NCBI RefSeq assembly: GCF_009914755.1
Contig: NC_060926.1
Origin: the human T2T-CHM13v2.0 reference genome, Homo sapiens
Length of the DNA: 64,000 nucleotides
Strand: one strand, 5' to 3'
In this document: one piece after another, positions 1 to 21,025 of the stretch
How positions within the stretch are numbered: the first letter of the stretch is position 1
How the letters are laid out: every line of letters starts with the position of its first letter
The notes under the pieces: generated by a model
What the model was told of the DNA's origin: nothing
What the model saw: the letters and a program-made list of their open reading frames with translations, nothing else
Databases searched by the model: none
Translations under genes and position numbers: made by a program

Positions 1-158
<158 letters not shown>

Positions 159-386
159 TAGAAGTCAAAAATTCACACATCATTTTGCTTTCCAGATACG
201 CTCGGTGTTTCCAGTTCTTAGTACATTCTTCCAGATTTCGTCTGTGTTTCTGTGCAAATGTGTGGCCAAGTGTGCGCATACCCACACTGTGCTGTCTGTT
301 ACTCACTGTGCCTCTTTCACTTGACTCTACCTGGGACATCTTTTCTCGTCAGTTCATAAAAATCTGTCTGATGAGAGGACTTTTTA

Positions 387-727
<341 letters not shown>

Positions 728-1324
728 TCAGGCTCAAATGAAGTTCATGATTGCAAGGGTATTCTAGACTGACCCAAAGATTTTCTCCCCAACACCAAAA
801 ACTGGAAAACAGCCTGACAGTCATTAATTCCTGAGGGAACAGCTGACTCTTCTGAGACCATCTACTCTCTGCCCACAACCTCTCCTGCATACCCCAGCTG
901 TGGCTCTGCTATTCATCCCAAATGTCCTGGCCAGGCCCACCCACTTGGCCAAAAAGTTGACTTCCCAGCCAGACCTGGTTGATCAATTGGCCACTATCCT
1001 TACAGGAAAAGTCTGAGTTATGAGAAAAAAAAAACTAATTTCTTCCAAAATATAAAAAGAAAACTGCATGATCAAAGTGAATAAATGTTTAATTAAATGC
1101 CTGCAAAGTGGAACACTATGTCAGCTTCCTTAATTGATACATTCAGTATTTTTAAAAATTTCATTACATTTGCAAAACAAATTGAAAGTAGCATTTCCTC
1201 CTTTGCAAGAATTCTTGAGGAGTGTGTGGTGATTGCCAAGAAATAACAAGTTGCTCATGTACTATTATTTTAAAAAGAAAAATTATCAAAACCATTTAAA
1301 AATATTTTGCAATATTAAAAATAC

Positions 1325-1432
1325 ACATGATCCTGATCTGATCACTATACATTAAATGTATCAAATCATCACTATGTATTCCATAAATATGTGCAATTAT
1401 TATGTGTCAATTAAAAATAAACAAATAAATAA
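1325..1432 (+). mobile_element. L1M 3' end fragment
   Basis: Typical L1 3' UTR terminus (cataaatatgtgcaattattatgtgtcaattaaaaataaa). Confidence 0.65.
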
Positions 1433-1530
1433 TACACATATGTGTGCATATATGTGTATATACATACATATACTCAGTGTGGGCTGTTTGATGTGTTATT
1501 GGAACAAGGTCTTTAAAAGTAAGCTGAGGG

Positions 1531-2114
<584 letters not shown>

Positions 2115-2480
2115 GTAAGCTGAGGGCTCAAGGGCCACACAGGTCTTCAAGAGGCCCAGCCCGGGATCCGCACACCCGAGAACCCTGTGCTGAGTCAGGA
2201 TCCCCTTCTGTGGACACAAGATAGGAGTGGTGCTGTCAAGAGGAAGTTCTAAAAATAGACCCTAACATGTAGGGCAGAATATTAGTGGTTCTGAGAACTA
2301 GCAGAATCAGAGGCAGAAATGAGACATGTGACCAAAATGAAACCCCACAGCCCAAAGGGTATCTCCCTGGCTCCCCTGGGCCCTCTAGAAAAACTAGCAA
2401 AAAACTAGAAAAGCTAGTAAAACTCTTATCATTGGAGCCAGTGGCATTATTGGCCTCTATCCCCACTAAAATGTGAGTAA

Positions 2481-2753
<273 letters not shown>

Positions 2754-5700
2754 TGAAAACAAAAGCCCTTAAATCCCTGATGGGTAGAATTGCCAGTTCT
2801 CATGGTGTCCCTACTCCCACCATGGTGACCAACATGAAGGTGTGGACGTGGAACTGTGAGGAGAGGAGCATGGTCAGCTTTTTTGAGCTGGTATGAGCTA
2901 GCTTCAGCACATCACTGCATCCCCCAGATGTGAAATCTGAGGAGTAAATATCCAGGAATTCAGAGAAATCCTGGGAAATTGGGCACGTCTTTCCTTTCTC
3001 AATAGTTCCCCAAAAGATGAGAGGAGCATCCCTGGCTGCAAATCAGGTAAGTTCCTCTCAGGGTGCAGCTGACCCTGATTCCCACCTTGAGTCCCTTTTG
3101 CAATGGGGAGGAAGTGAGAGCAGTGGCTCTACCCAAACCAAAGCTTGGGGGTGTCGCACCTTGGGTGGGACTGGCTCCACAGTGTACCAGCTGTGTGACC
3201 CCGGCTGAGTCTCCCTGACCTCCAGTTGTTTCTCTGCAGAATGAGTGGGCACAAGGAGGATGAAGAGGGCTCGGGGCACCGCCTGGCATGGATGATGCCA
3301 TCTGTCAAGGAGAGTCACTGGTAGTGTTTGAGTCCTTAAGCGCACTCACTCCAGGGGAAATGGTGAAGTGGATGGCCATTGTCCTGGGAATCTTTGGGAC
3401 TGTACATGACGATCATTGGGGCTCTTTTGTTTTTCTAGCCCATCAATGACTGACTTCAGACCCAGCAGAATAAGAAAGCCTTAAACTAGTAGCTTTATGT
3501 TCTTTTTCTGGATCTTCCTCTAAATTCTGCAAAGTAAGTGGCAGTGATCCATTTTATAGATGAAGAAACTAAGGCCCAGAGAGGCAATATCATGTCTGGC
3601 CTTGCTTCTCTGTGACTTATTTGACTTCTTCCTTTGGAGACCCTGAGAGCCAGGCAAACGTTCTCTAGGACAGACAGGCAGGAAGGTCAGAGGTGGGGGT
3701 GGAGGCACTGCTTCCACCCCACCCCCTGCAGAAGAGGCAGGAGTCAGCTGGGACAGAAGGGGCAGACCTGTGAGAGGCCTAATTACGCATCCTCTTTCCT
3801 GCCCTCCCTGTGGCATCTTTCCTGTTCCTTGGGAAACACTCTAAGATGGACATAGGTGGGCAGACAGTTTATTGTGTGCCCTGGAGTCAGGACACACAAG
3901 GAGAAGGAGGGAGTGGCGGTGGGAGAAACTGGGCTGTGATACAGTCCCAACAAAGACCTTGGCCAAGCCCTGGAGGAGCGCTGGAGCTGGGCTGGACGCT
4001 GACAGCTGCCCTGAGTTGGGACAAGAGTACCTGGCCTTTATGCCTTTATATTGACCAGTCATTGGATTTGGGCTGAATTGCTCCCAAAGAGGGCTTAGCT
4101 GAGGGACAACCACTGGGGTGCAGGCCCTTCAGTCCTGGAGGAGTCTGGGTAGCACCATGCCTAGTCCAAGTGGAACCGGTGTCTCCACGAGAGGCAATTT
4201 CCCTCTGAGTCTTGGAGGCCACATTCCTGAGAGAGAGAGTGTCATGACCCCACTCACTTGTCTGACCCAAGCTACCCAGGTCAAGGGGCACTGGCCAACC
4301 CATGGATTGACCAGTGTTTAGGTGAGGCATGCAAGAGTCTCCAAGCTAAATTAATTAATAAATTTAGAGACAAGGTCTCACTCTGTCACCCCGGCTGAGT
4401 CTTGTCATTCCTACAGGTGAATTGGTAGAGGAGGGACACAACCTGTTGGCTTCAGTGTGGGAAAAAGGTACAAAGAGGGCATGTGTCACCTGTCTGCCTC
4501 CCTCTCCCAGGTGAGCAGCTCCTGAGGAACGCATGCCTGGATTCGGGATCTCATATAGTGTCTGCCCTGGGAAGGCCCCCAACAGCTCCACCCTTTCCTG
4601 AAGAAGAGGAAGGAGGTGGGTATCTTTGGAGGCCCCAGTCCCATCTCATAGCACAGTACACAGGGGCATCTGCAGGACTAGAGGGACGGCTCCCCTGCCT
4701 CGCACCCCCTCCTCCCCACCCCATGAGAGAGGTGGGGCTCAAGAACCCCCACACAATGTCTTCATTGACACTTGTGGCCAAGTCAGCTTCTGGGTGCCAT
4801 GGAAACCTCTCTTGGGAGCCCTGAGGGAAAGCAACAGCCCAGCCCTCCCACACTAAGCTCATTGTCCCCTGAGCAGTGAGAGCAGCCCCTTATCAGCCCC
4901 TTCCCAGGCCTGCAGATCCTGGCTTCCACCCCATCAGCAACATGAGCTTTCCTCTTGCCGGCCAGGCCTGGGGAGCTGGAGGGGTCTCATCAGTCACAGA
5001 ATCCACCACCTGGGATCCTGTACTCCTTGGCCCCTTCCTTATTCCCCATGAAATCAAAGGCAGCCCCAGTAGTGAGGCAAGAGAGCTCATTTTTTAGTTG
5101 CACTAAAAATTTTTTTAGTGCTCATTTTTTAGCCCATTTTTTAGTTGTGCTGAGCCTTGAGAGTGGAGGGGGCACCAGGCAGAGAGAGGCCCCTCCCTCT
5201 GTTTGGGGCATACTTATGCCCTGAGCCAGCCACAGTGTCCCTCAGGCCTGCAGGAAGAAGGCCAGGCTCTGGAATAAATCCATCTGGGCCACCCCATGCC
5301 TGGTTCTGGCTTCAGGCTCCACTCATTCTTTTCTCCTCCCCCAAGTCCTGGAAACTTCCCCAGAAGTCCCTCCCCTGCCAGTCCCTCCCTTCCTTCTACC
5401 TCCCATGTCTCCTTGGGCCAAGGCCCATCTGCACAGATCCTGGCAGAATAAAGTCAGAGAATGTCAGGGCCAGAAGAGGCCTGAGAAATCAGAGCCCCGC
5501 ATCTCTCTGCCATTCCATCCCCACTTACCATTTTATAGAGGAGAAGCTGAAGCTGGGTATGAGGAGGGACTTGCCCAAGATCACAAGCCAGGGCCTTCCC
5601 CTCCATTGGGCACCATTTCACCGGCCTCATGGGCTGCTTCTCCCTGCTCTGACCCAGAACTTGATCATCACAAACCAGGAGTATGCCAGGTCTTTGGAAG

Positions 5701-7910
5701 CAGTAAAACCTATAGAGATTGGAAGGCCCCGACCCAACCCTACCCAAAGTAGGGGTGTCAGCAACTAGAAAGAAGAAGGGCTCAGGATTACAGCACCTCC
5801 TCCCTTCAGCTGTCTGTCACCCAGGTGTCCCCATAACGACTCCCTCCACAGATACCCAGATGGCCAACAAGGGCAGCTCCCTTGAAACAAATGTCCCCCG
5901 AACTCCTCAGCCCCAGGAGGGAGGGGCCGTTGGGATGGGCAGCCCAGAGAGCCTGGGCTTTGCACCCAGAGCTAAGCGAGCTCAAATCCCAACTGGGCCA
6001 CCTGGGACAGGTTATGCAGCCTCCCTATCACCCTCTGTAGAAGGAGAATCACAAAAAATTCTACCCACCTTATAGGGTTGCTGTAAGGATTTTGCAAGAT
6101 ATTGGATAGAAAGTTTCACACAACACTGGGCACAGAGAACACAGAGTGAACAGATGGTGTTGCTGTTCTCATCTATGACGACCTTTTACCCTTAGAACTC
6201 TGGGCACCAAGTTAGGGGTGGGGTGCCGGGTGGGGAGGAGTGCCAGGGAGCCAAGGGGAGGCCCTTAAGTGACGCTCAGAGAGGTCCTGACCTTCCCCAA
6301 AGCAGGAGTCCTTGGCCCAAGGGAGAATGAGTTTCGGACAGCCATGTGGCCCCCAGTAAGGGGCCCCCTAACATTCCATTTGGGCTTTAACAGGGGGTGG
6401 CCTGGAATGTCCAAGAAAAACAATCTGGTTATTCTGAGTGAAATTACAGCCTGGCTAAGGCAGGCTGGGTCTGCTTTAAATTAAACATAGCATTTCTGAG
6501 ATTCTTTTCGTCTCCTTGCCACTGCGGGTTAGCGGAGACATTACCTCACCTCACCTTCCACTCTGAGATGGGAGGCCGACAGGGTGTGGGCCTGGGGGTG
6601 GGGACGAGAGAGGGAGGCCGGAGAGCCCACCAAGGGGGGCCAGGGGTCCCTCCTCACTCCAAGAGCTCAGGCTCTCACTGGGGCTGGGAGCAGTGGCTGT
6701 GTGGGGAAGAGGCGCACCCATGCACAGCCCACTCCATCCTTGGCATTTAGCAAAGGAATGACAGCACTTTCAAATACACTGCTTTCCTAGGAGCCCTTGG
6801 GGAAACTGGGTTGCGGTTTCACAGGTCCAAGGTCAGTCCCTTTCTTGCTCCCTGTCCCACACTTAGGTGCTGGGTGGCCGCGCCTGCGAGCTCCTCAGAA
6901 CTCCAGGGTGTTTTCGCTCAAAAACAGATGGAGACACCAGTTTCCTCACTGAGTGGTTTTGGTTGGGGGTGGAGTTCCCTCCTGGCTTTGGAAGTTGCTT
7001 TTGGCCAGCTTTGCCTGCCTGTGGAGTCCTAGAAAATTCCACAGTGCTGCAGTCGGGTAGACCCGAGTGTGAGTCCCGCCTCCCAGGATAAGGTTCACCT
7101 TATCTTACTCAGATCCTGAATCCCCTCTTCTTTAACATGGGGAAGGAGACAGGGTTATGGGTTAGATGAAATTAAGCATGTTTGAGGTTCTTGTTTTAGA
7201 TGAAGTACACCCAAAATTCTTTGGTTATAAGTTTCTATGAAACTTGAGGAAGTTTCTATTTCTTATAACCAAAGAATGTTGGGTATACTTGAAACTTGAA
7301 ACTTTGGGTATACTAGAAACTTGAGGAAGTTTCTATTTCTGCCTTGTGTAAAACGGAAATTTTTTTTTTTTTCTGAAATCAGGGTACTCTCATGGAAACA
7401 GGCTGCAAAACCTCTCAGAGAATTGGAATCAGGAATTAGGAAAGGGATTTGCAGTTTCTCTCCCTCTGTCTCTGCCTGTTCTCGGGTATTTGCTTCCCTC
7501 AGGGCCTCAGTGGTAGGCTCCTGTCTGTACAAACCATTTACTCAGAGCCCCAGCCTTGGCCTGACATCATTTCCTCACGCTGGGTCCATGGTTAGAGCTC
7601 AGTGAAAGACAGCAGGTTTCTGTTGTGCTGCTTGGTTTTGCACATCAATATTAGCATGCTGAAGATTTCGTTTGTCCCTCCAGACCCACTCGCTCTCCTT
7701 TCTTCTCCACCTTGCCCTGATCCTGGGACTGGCCTGTAGGAACCACGTCAACTGAGCTCCCGCACCTTCTGGGTTCTGGTTGAGTTCAGCCCATCGTGGC
7801 CAGCAGCAGGGAATAGGAGGGCAGGAGGAAAGAGCCATCCTGGCACTTACTGTTCTCCCTCTTTGCCATGGGGGGTGGCTTGGTGGTGAAGTGTCTGGTT
7901 CCTCTACTGA

Positions 7911-8420
<510 letters not shown>

Positions 8421-9846
8421 TGACTGAACTGTAACTTTGAATTGCCATCTCTCTCCTGCTGGGACTCTGACTGATGCAATAAGATCAAGGGGAAGTCAGC
8501 TTTGTCTCTTTGCCCCACCTCCCACTCCGGCTCCCATAGGAAGTGGATGAAGAGCTCTAGGTTTGAGATAAACATTAGCAATAAGATAGAACTGAGCAGA
8601 TACCCGTTATTCTGCTAGAGTGAAAAAGAATGCACGTGCACTGGGTGGAGTTACTTCTTTTGTAAAAAACTTCATTTTCCCGGGAGAATGTGACCGCTGG
8701 GAAGAGGCAGAAATACGCTATCAATTTGGTCAGGGCTCTCTCTTTTTCTGGGCACACAGATGCCTAAAATTTCAGCATCATACAGGGTGTGGACAGAAAA
8801 TATTTTTAAATTGTCAACTTCTAGGTATTTTTCACTCTCAAATTCATAGGATTAGTCACCGGAATCCCTGTCTTTTCCTTTCCTTTGGCAGTTTGGCTCA
8901 TGGATATCTTGCTTTTGGCTTTGACTACTACAATAGCCTGTGACCCTGTCTCTGGTCTCTTTTTCCCTGTCTGTTCCACAGCCCTCTGTCAAGTTTGTCT
9001 TGGTTTGACCCAGGTCTATACATGTCAAGACCCAGATCAAAGCATTTTATGGCTTCCTGCTGAAGTGTCTGAACACTTCAGCCTGACATTCAAGGCTTCT
9101 GCAGCAGTCCTCAACTTTCTGGTCTACCTCCTATTTCAGGAACTTCCCACACCTGACAAATCAGATCTTCCTCACTGACCTTCCAACCCCTGCTCCCACT
9201 CTCTCCATCTGTTCTTCAACATGCCGTCCAAATCCCACATCCCAGCTAAGGCCTTCCCTGCCCACTCAGATGGAGGTGACTCCTCACGGTTAACCCCTGC
9301 CATTCTGAAGTGGGAGTGCTCAGAGATTAAGGAGGAAGAGCTGATGGAAAGAGAACCATATTCATACACCAGTTGCAGCCTCTGCACTGTCCTGTTTGGA
9401 TATCATTCAGGGACACACAGAGGACCCTCTGTGCACCTCACTGCACAGATGCATAGCCAACTTCATCCCAAAGGAGCTAAGGGGAGACCCTGTGGCTCCA
9501 GGCAGTGTCACCTTCTCTTCAGGCCTCTCCATTACCTGGTTTTGTCCTCTGGCTTCATCATGTGATGGTGCCGGTCACTCTCTCTTGACAGAAAAATCTG
9601 GGGCCCCAGGTTGTGTCATCTGAGTGCTTGGATCAAAGGGTAAGACAGGGGACCTTAAGCAAGTATCAGGAAGAACTTCACCCAGGAGGTGCCTTCACAG
9701 CACAATCTGCCTATCTTCAGATGGGGAGTCCTGACCTGGCCTTGTGAATGCTGTGGGACCCCAGGCCTCCTTTTGCCCATATAGAAAGTCCAAGTCTTTG
9801 CTGCTTTTGAGGTTAAGCATCAGTTGGTTTCAACTATCTTTGGCTA

Positions 9847-9880
9847 CACACACACACACACACACACACATACACACACA
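9847..9880. repeat. (CA)n microsatellite
   Basis: Direct reading. Confidence 0.95.
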
Positions 9881-10036
9881 GAGCTTTGAGGATTCATAAT
9901 ACTTTTGCTCATTCAATCTTGAGTTGCAATTGCTTTGACCATAGCAACAGAGTCCTCCATAACAAAGGCCTTTACAACATTTTAACAGTGAATATAATGC
10001 AATTAATTTTTTGCAGCAATTAATTACACATGCGTT

Positions 10037-10330
10037 AAGAAACCATAAACTTGTAGATTTCTGTCTCTCCCTGGGAAAATTCTAGAATGGTTCATTAAAC
10101 ATTAGGTTGTGACTACATAGAATATAAATTAGAAATAAGAAGAATTTAAATTGGAATATTTTTAAGTTAAAAGAAAAAATACAAATCATTGGAAGCCAAT
10201 ATATTTTCTAAGAATATATCATGTCAAATTAATCTCATTTTCTTTTCTCGCAGAGTCAACAAGCTGATCTGTTAGAGATTTACTATAGATATAGATTTGA
10301 AGAATTTTAGGTGAAATGCATTGGTTTCCA
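10037..10330 (+). mobile_element. L3/CR1 LINE reverse-transcriptase fossil
   Basis: Degenerate translation LPGKILEWFIK ... SCQINLIFFSRRVNKLI...IDIDL resembles the CR1 RT motifs PGKIMEQII and SCLTNLISFYDKVT...VDVVYLDF. Confidence 0.65.
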
Positions 10331-11655
10331 CAAAGCACATAGGAATCCTCTCATAAAAGCTGTGATAGTCATTACAGTGGTGCATAGATAATCAGTTTTT
10401 CCTCCTCTCATCCCCATAGTAAGGTTGTATTTTCTTGCCTTCTTTGAAGTTAGATGCTATCATGTAATCTGCTTTGGCCAATGAAATGTGAGTGGAAGGA
10501 CACCCCATGATGAATGAATCAAGGTACCAGGTAATTCTTGGATGAACACTCACAGACAATAAATGAAGCCACGCCTGGGCAGCATTATCAGTCCCTCCAA
10601 AGGGCAGGCTAAAGAGAGAAGAACCTTTCAAAGTAAATAATGGCAATGACTTTGGAAACAAAGAGGTGTTAATCAGAAGAAAGTGCTTGAAGTGACACAA
10701 GTCAGCCTTCTGGGTGAGACGTGGGGCCCAAGCATAGACACATCAGAATCAGGGTGGTCAGAGCCAGGAGGCATGACACCACGGTCTGTCTGGTGGCTGG
10801 CTCTGTGACCTTGGCCAGTTCATACCTTTGAGCCTCTGCCTCCTTCCCATATGTGACTGGGGGCTCGATGAGGGGTAAGTACATTTAGAGAGAAAAGCTG
10901 CCAATAACTTTTCCATCTCTGTGGATATTGAGAGTCACCTTGGATTAGATCTTGGTTGTCTTCTCCCCCTGAACCTTACTGGCCACTCTGAATTGTGCAA
11001 AAACAAAAAAAGGGGCCCCTATTGCCACAGGGCCAATGTATAGTAGGAGCCTTGGCAGCCAAGCAAGATCTGTTTCACCCAGCACCCTCTGTATGCAGAG
11101 ATGGCTGCCTGGGGGACAAGGAAGTTCCTGGGGAGGCAGAATTAAGACCCCCAACTGCTTCCCCTCTGAATATCACTGTCATTAGGACCTCCCTTGTGGA
11201 TTGGAAGAGACCCTACTCAGGACATCATTATCGTGAAAGAAAAGGAGGGCAACAAGGCCTAGAGGATTGTGGGGAAAGGCTGCTCCTGGCCAAGTACAAG
11301 AACAAGTATAATAATGCCCTGGACACTCAGACACACACAACTTCTGCTGAGGCTGAGCATAGAAGGGTGAACTTGGAGTTCCTGCTCAGGAGGCTCCTGG
11401 GGAATCAGGCCAATGAGGTCATCACTGTAGAAGGGACAAAGCTGCAACATATGGGGCAGGACTAGTTTTTAACCAAGACACAGCATGGTGGCAACAGAAG
11501 CAACAAGAACAATCCCAAATCCCAGCCTCTTCTCTAGGCCTGGTGGCTGGGGCAGACTGGGCTCTTTGGATGGTCAGCCTCTAGGGGTCCTTGGGCAATG
11601 GTGTTGGCAATGGGGTGGGGAAAAGTGAGAGGAAAGCCTCAAAAAAAAGATGCCA

Positions 11656-11988
<333 letters not shown>

Positions 11989-12149
11989 CTAATAGGGAAA
12001 AAGCAACAGATACTTTGATTTAAGCTTGCAAAATGAGTCAAAGCTATTACGTGAATATGTGTTTCCAAAGACCAGCCCACGTTCAACCTGTGGGATTGAG
12101 ATAATAGACAAGAAAGTGTATTTGAAAAGAAGAGTTACACAGGCATGAG

Positions 12150-12580
12150 GGTGGCAGGAACTACCACCGATTCTCCCTTCCTTCTTTGTATTAATAGATT
12201 TAGTCTTGAGATTAAGCTGGGCTTATGGCTGCCCAAGTAAAGACTTCATTTCCCAGCCTCGCTTGCAGCAAGGTGTGATCATGTGGCTAAGTCTGAGCCA
12301 ATGGGATGTGAGCAGCAGTGATGTGTGCAACTTACAGATCACACTATTATCAGTAAATGGCTTGTCCTCCACTTTTCTTCTGTTCTGTGGACTGCATTGT
12401 GGACATGGTGCTGGTGAGTGAGCAGTTTTGATGATGTGGACAACCTCATTAAACCAAATGGCCTTCCCACCTTGTACTGCCAGTCGACTTCTGACCAATT
12501 TCATAGGCAAGGCATAGACTTCTATCTTATTTGAGCCTTTGTAGTCACTGTATTTCGAGGTGTCTGTCACCTTACTTGTA
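12150..12580. mobile_element. MaLR (MLT1-type) LTR relic
   Basis: catttcccagcc...ccaatgggatgtgagcag...gatgtgtgcaactt signature. Confidence 0.6.
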
Positions 12581-12699
12581 TCTTCACTAATATAAGGAGT
12601 GGTGAATTCTACCACCAAGAACATTGTTCAGCTTCCTGCTTCTAAAGATTAATGGGGAAGCAATTTGTGGTTATGACTGTCTTGGTATATTTTTTTCCA

Positions 12700-14430
<1,731 letters not shown>

Positions 14431-14459
14431 ATACACCATGCTATAGGTTTAAGGTCTTC

Positions 14460-16700
<2,241 letters not shown>

Positions 16701-16723
16701 GATGCTCATGATCTGAAGTCTAA

Positions 16724-17033
<310 letters not shown>

Positions 17034-17497
17034 ACTTAAAATAGTAATAATAACTTTTGAAAAGAAGAAATAGAAATTGCTATTTTTTAAACTCTTCCCC
17101 TGTGTCCAAGGAGAATCCATGAAATAGTTTACGGATGGAGAGCAAGAATCATATTTGCACTCTTCAAAGATTACTCTGGCTGCTTCGAGGAGGGAGAACA
17201 TGGAAGCAGCAAGATCAGTTGGGAGGGGACTGCAATAGCAGAGGCAAGATATAAAAGAGGGGCTGGAACTCCACTGGTGGCAAAAAATAGGGAGAAATGG
17301 ACCAGTTCAAAATATCTTGGGGAAGTAGTTGGTAGATTAGGAGGGTGGAGGTGAGTGAAGGAAGGGTCAATGATGTCTTCAAGGCTTTGAGCGTAATCAG
17401 CTCTGATGGGAAACCCTAGAAGGGAAAACTTGTTCATTGGACATGTTTCTATGGATTCCTTACTGGGAAATCACTGTGCTAGTTAAGAATGCATTTG

Positions 17498-18156
<659 letters not shown>

Positions 18157-18894
18157 CTAGACTTAATAATAAAAATGTTTAATTATATTATAATTAATAT
18201 AACAAAGACCTAGAAGTAGGAGTTCCAAGATTGGCTCATGAGTTTGTGGAAACAAAAACTTACAAGCCATACATTTTTAAACTCAGCTTTGGCTATAAGA
18301 GTTTAATCCAAGCTCAAGCCTGCAAGTCTGAATCCATAGTTATTGAAGAACTATGACAGAATGGGTGTCTAATGACATACATGCTTTAGGAAGACAAGCT
18401 CTGAGTCAGCCATTATAAGACAAAGAAAAGTTAGCAAATATTTCCATACCTATTACCAAACAAGGTAAGTTAAATCTATACCTTGTCCCCCCTATTTTTA
18501 TCATAAAATTCAGTTTCCAAGTTTTTTTATTGAGAAGGGCATAGAGTTTTTCTGAAATAGTGTTAGTTCTAATAGTAATAGTCCTAAAGATCATTGATTG
18601 ACTTACAATCTTGAGAACAGGATATGTTTGTTACAGTAACATCTGCCAGGATGTGTGTTGTAGAAAACTTTTGTTCACACAAAACTGCAAATTGTGTTTG
18701 GCATAGGCATTTGATCTTATCTACCAGTTGAGGTGATTATTAAACCTGACTTCATTGATCTCACTTTCATTTACTCACCTTATAAAAGAGGACTGTGCAG
18801 GTTTTCTTAAATTTAGGAACATGGTGAAAGGTATTGTCTTCCTTGTAAAATGTAAGAGTGGTGACAGCAAATCAACTTTAAAATATAATGCAGA

Positions 18895-19187
18895 GGCTAG
18901 GCTGGTGGCTCACGCCTGTAATCCCAGCACTTTGGGAGGCTGAGGCAGGCAGATTACAAGGTCAGGAGATCGAGACCATCCTGGCTAAAATGATGAAACC
19001 CCTGTCTCTACTAAAACTACAAAAAATTAGCCAGGCATGGTGGTGGGTGCCTGTAATCCCAGCTACTCAGGAGGCTAAGTCAGGGAGATTCACTTGAACT
19101 CAGGAGGCGGAGGTTGCAGTGAGCCGAGATCACACCACTGCACTCCAACCTGGGCAACAGAGTGAGATTCCGTCTCAAAAAAAAAAA
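18895..19187 (+). mobile_element. Alu
   Basis: Alu consensus, TSD aaatayaatgcaga. Confidence 0.94.
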
Positions 19188-20774
19188 TACAATGCAGAAT
19201 GAAATGGGTCACAACCACTCAACCATGCCAGGGCCCTAGGTCAGCCCTCTGCCAATCTCTAGGCATGCCAGTGGCAGCAAGGTGACTGCCAAGGGAAGAA
19301 GGGGATGGACCTCTCCCTATGGATGTAACTAGGTATTTTCCCAGAAGCTACTTACATGCCATTGATAAGGGTCTGGCCAGTCAAGAGCACAGGGGCTGGG
19401 GTTGCTATGATTGGTTTAGGCCACTTATAGCTGAACATATTACAGCCTGATTGAAACTGGGGTTTTGTCAGTAGGGGAGGCAGAGCAGGCAGAGGGGCTG
19501 CAAAGTAGGGAGTGAGATGTCAGACAACTGCCTTTGCTGCCTCCCCCTAGTCCCCATTCTGGGAGCCCACTGTAGAAGACACAGCGGGCGGTAGGAAACA
19601 TATGTGAAAAAGCTCGATTTTTACAATGCAATAAACATTAAACAGCTTTGTTGGAGAGCAAGGAGCCTCATAAAGTGAGTCACCCAGGATCCTTCTCGCA
19701 GGACTGGGGCATGCCAAAGAGCAGGCTTTGAGTGTAGGTAGACCTGGCCGCCTCTCAGTGCACCTCTGATGGCACCAGCTCCTGGGCAGGGAGCTGTTCC
19801 CCCAGGGCACTGGCATCTGGGCAGGGCCAAGGAAGTCCTCACCTCTGTGACTCTGCTCCCAGGCACTCGACATCCTTCTTGGCTGGGAAAGTGTGACCTC
19901 CAGGAAAATGCTGGGGACGTGCAGAGGCCAGCGCCCTCTGCATGGGTCTCCTGGGAGGCCTGTGAGGGGCCTGGGAAATGATCACAGGCTTTTCCCAGCC
20001 TTCCTTCATCCTTGGGAAATTCGCTGAAGGCCAGTCCCCTGTTGAGTGTGGGGCTCTAGGCCCTCTTGGGTCCTGAGCAGAGCTGGGCCCCACTCCTTTC
20101 TCTCCCAGCAGTGACCGTAAGACACTGCCCCCAAGTGAGGAGAGGGACCCCTGTGTGAACCGGCTGCAGGAAGCCCTTGCTCCTTTCTCAAGGCTGCGAG
20201 CCAAAGAGAGCAGGCTCCTGGGGCTGTCTCTTCACTATCCAGTCCAGCCCTAACAACCTACTCCTGCTTGGGTCTCCCCGCCCCCTACCCTCTGCCCTGT
20301 GCTCCCACCATCCACTTCAGGTGAAAGGGAGAGTGTGCTGTCCTGTACATGCTCACACATTCCTGTGCCTATTACCTGGCCCCTCACCTGGAAGGCCTGT
20401 CTTTGATCTTCCACCTAGACAGAGTTGCCCCCCTCTGGCCCTCCCAACATGCAGCTGACCCAGGATGGTCCTGCAGCCCACAATGGCCTCGATGAGCACA
20501 TCTCACAGGGCTAGGTAGGGGGCACTGGCAGAAAATTAGCACCCAATGGGGAGAGGCTGCAGCAGGACCAGAGCAGGAGCATGGCCAGGGCAGGATGCCC
20601 ACCTGCAGCCGTCCCCAGGGGGCTTGGCCATGTGGCATGCGCTGCTGGTGGAGGAAGCTTGGCTGAGCATGGGGGCAGGGGAACAGGCCCCCACACACAC
20701 TCAGATGCACGTTTACAATCACATGAGCTGCATTCTAACAGCTAGTGTATGTCCTTTTTATTCTCAAAAAAATT

Positions 20775-21025
20775 TTTTTACTGTAGTGAAATACACATAA
20801 TATAAAAATGACCATCTTAACTATTTTTAGCTGTACAGTTCAGTAGCATTAAGTACATTCACATTGCTGTGCAACTCTCACCACCATCCATCTCCATAAC
20901 CCTTTTCCTCTTGTAAAACTGAAATTCTATACCCATGAAACACTAACTCCCCATTTCCCCTTCTCCCAGGCCCTGGCAACCAGCATTCTGCTTTCCATCT
21001 TTATGGTTTTAACGATGCTAAGTAC
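20775..21025 (-). mobile_element. L1M 3' UTR fragment
   Basis: gtacagttcagtagcattaagtacattcacattgctgtgcaac signature. Confidence 0.75.

Noticed and set aside
5088-5150. gcactaaaaa/tttttagtgc palindrome with cattttttag repeats
   Set aside because: Short, low-complexity slippage product with no further support
5157-5768. 203-aa ORF in intergenic DNA
   Set aside because: Starts at TTG, crosses a MIR-like segment and has no recognisable domain; expected by chance in GC-rich DNA
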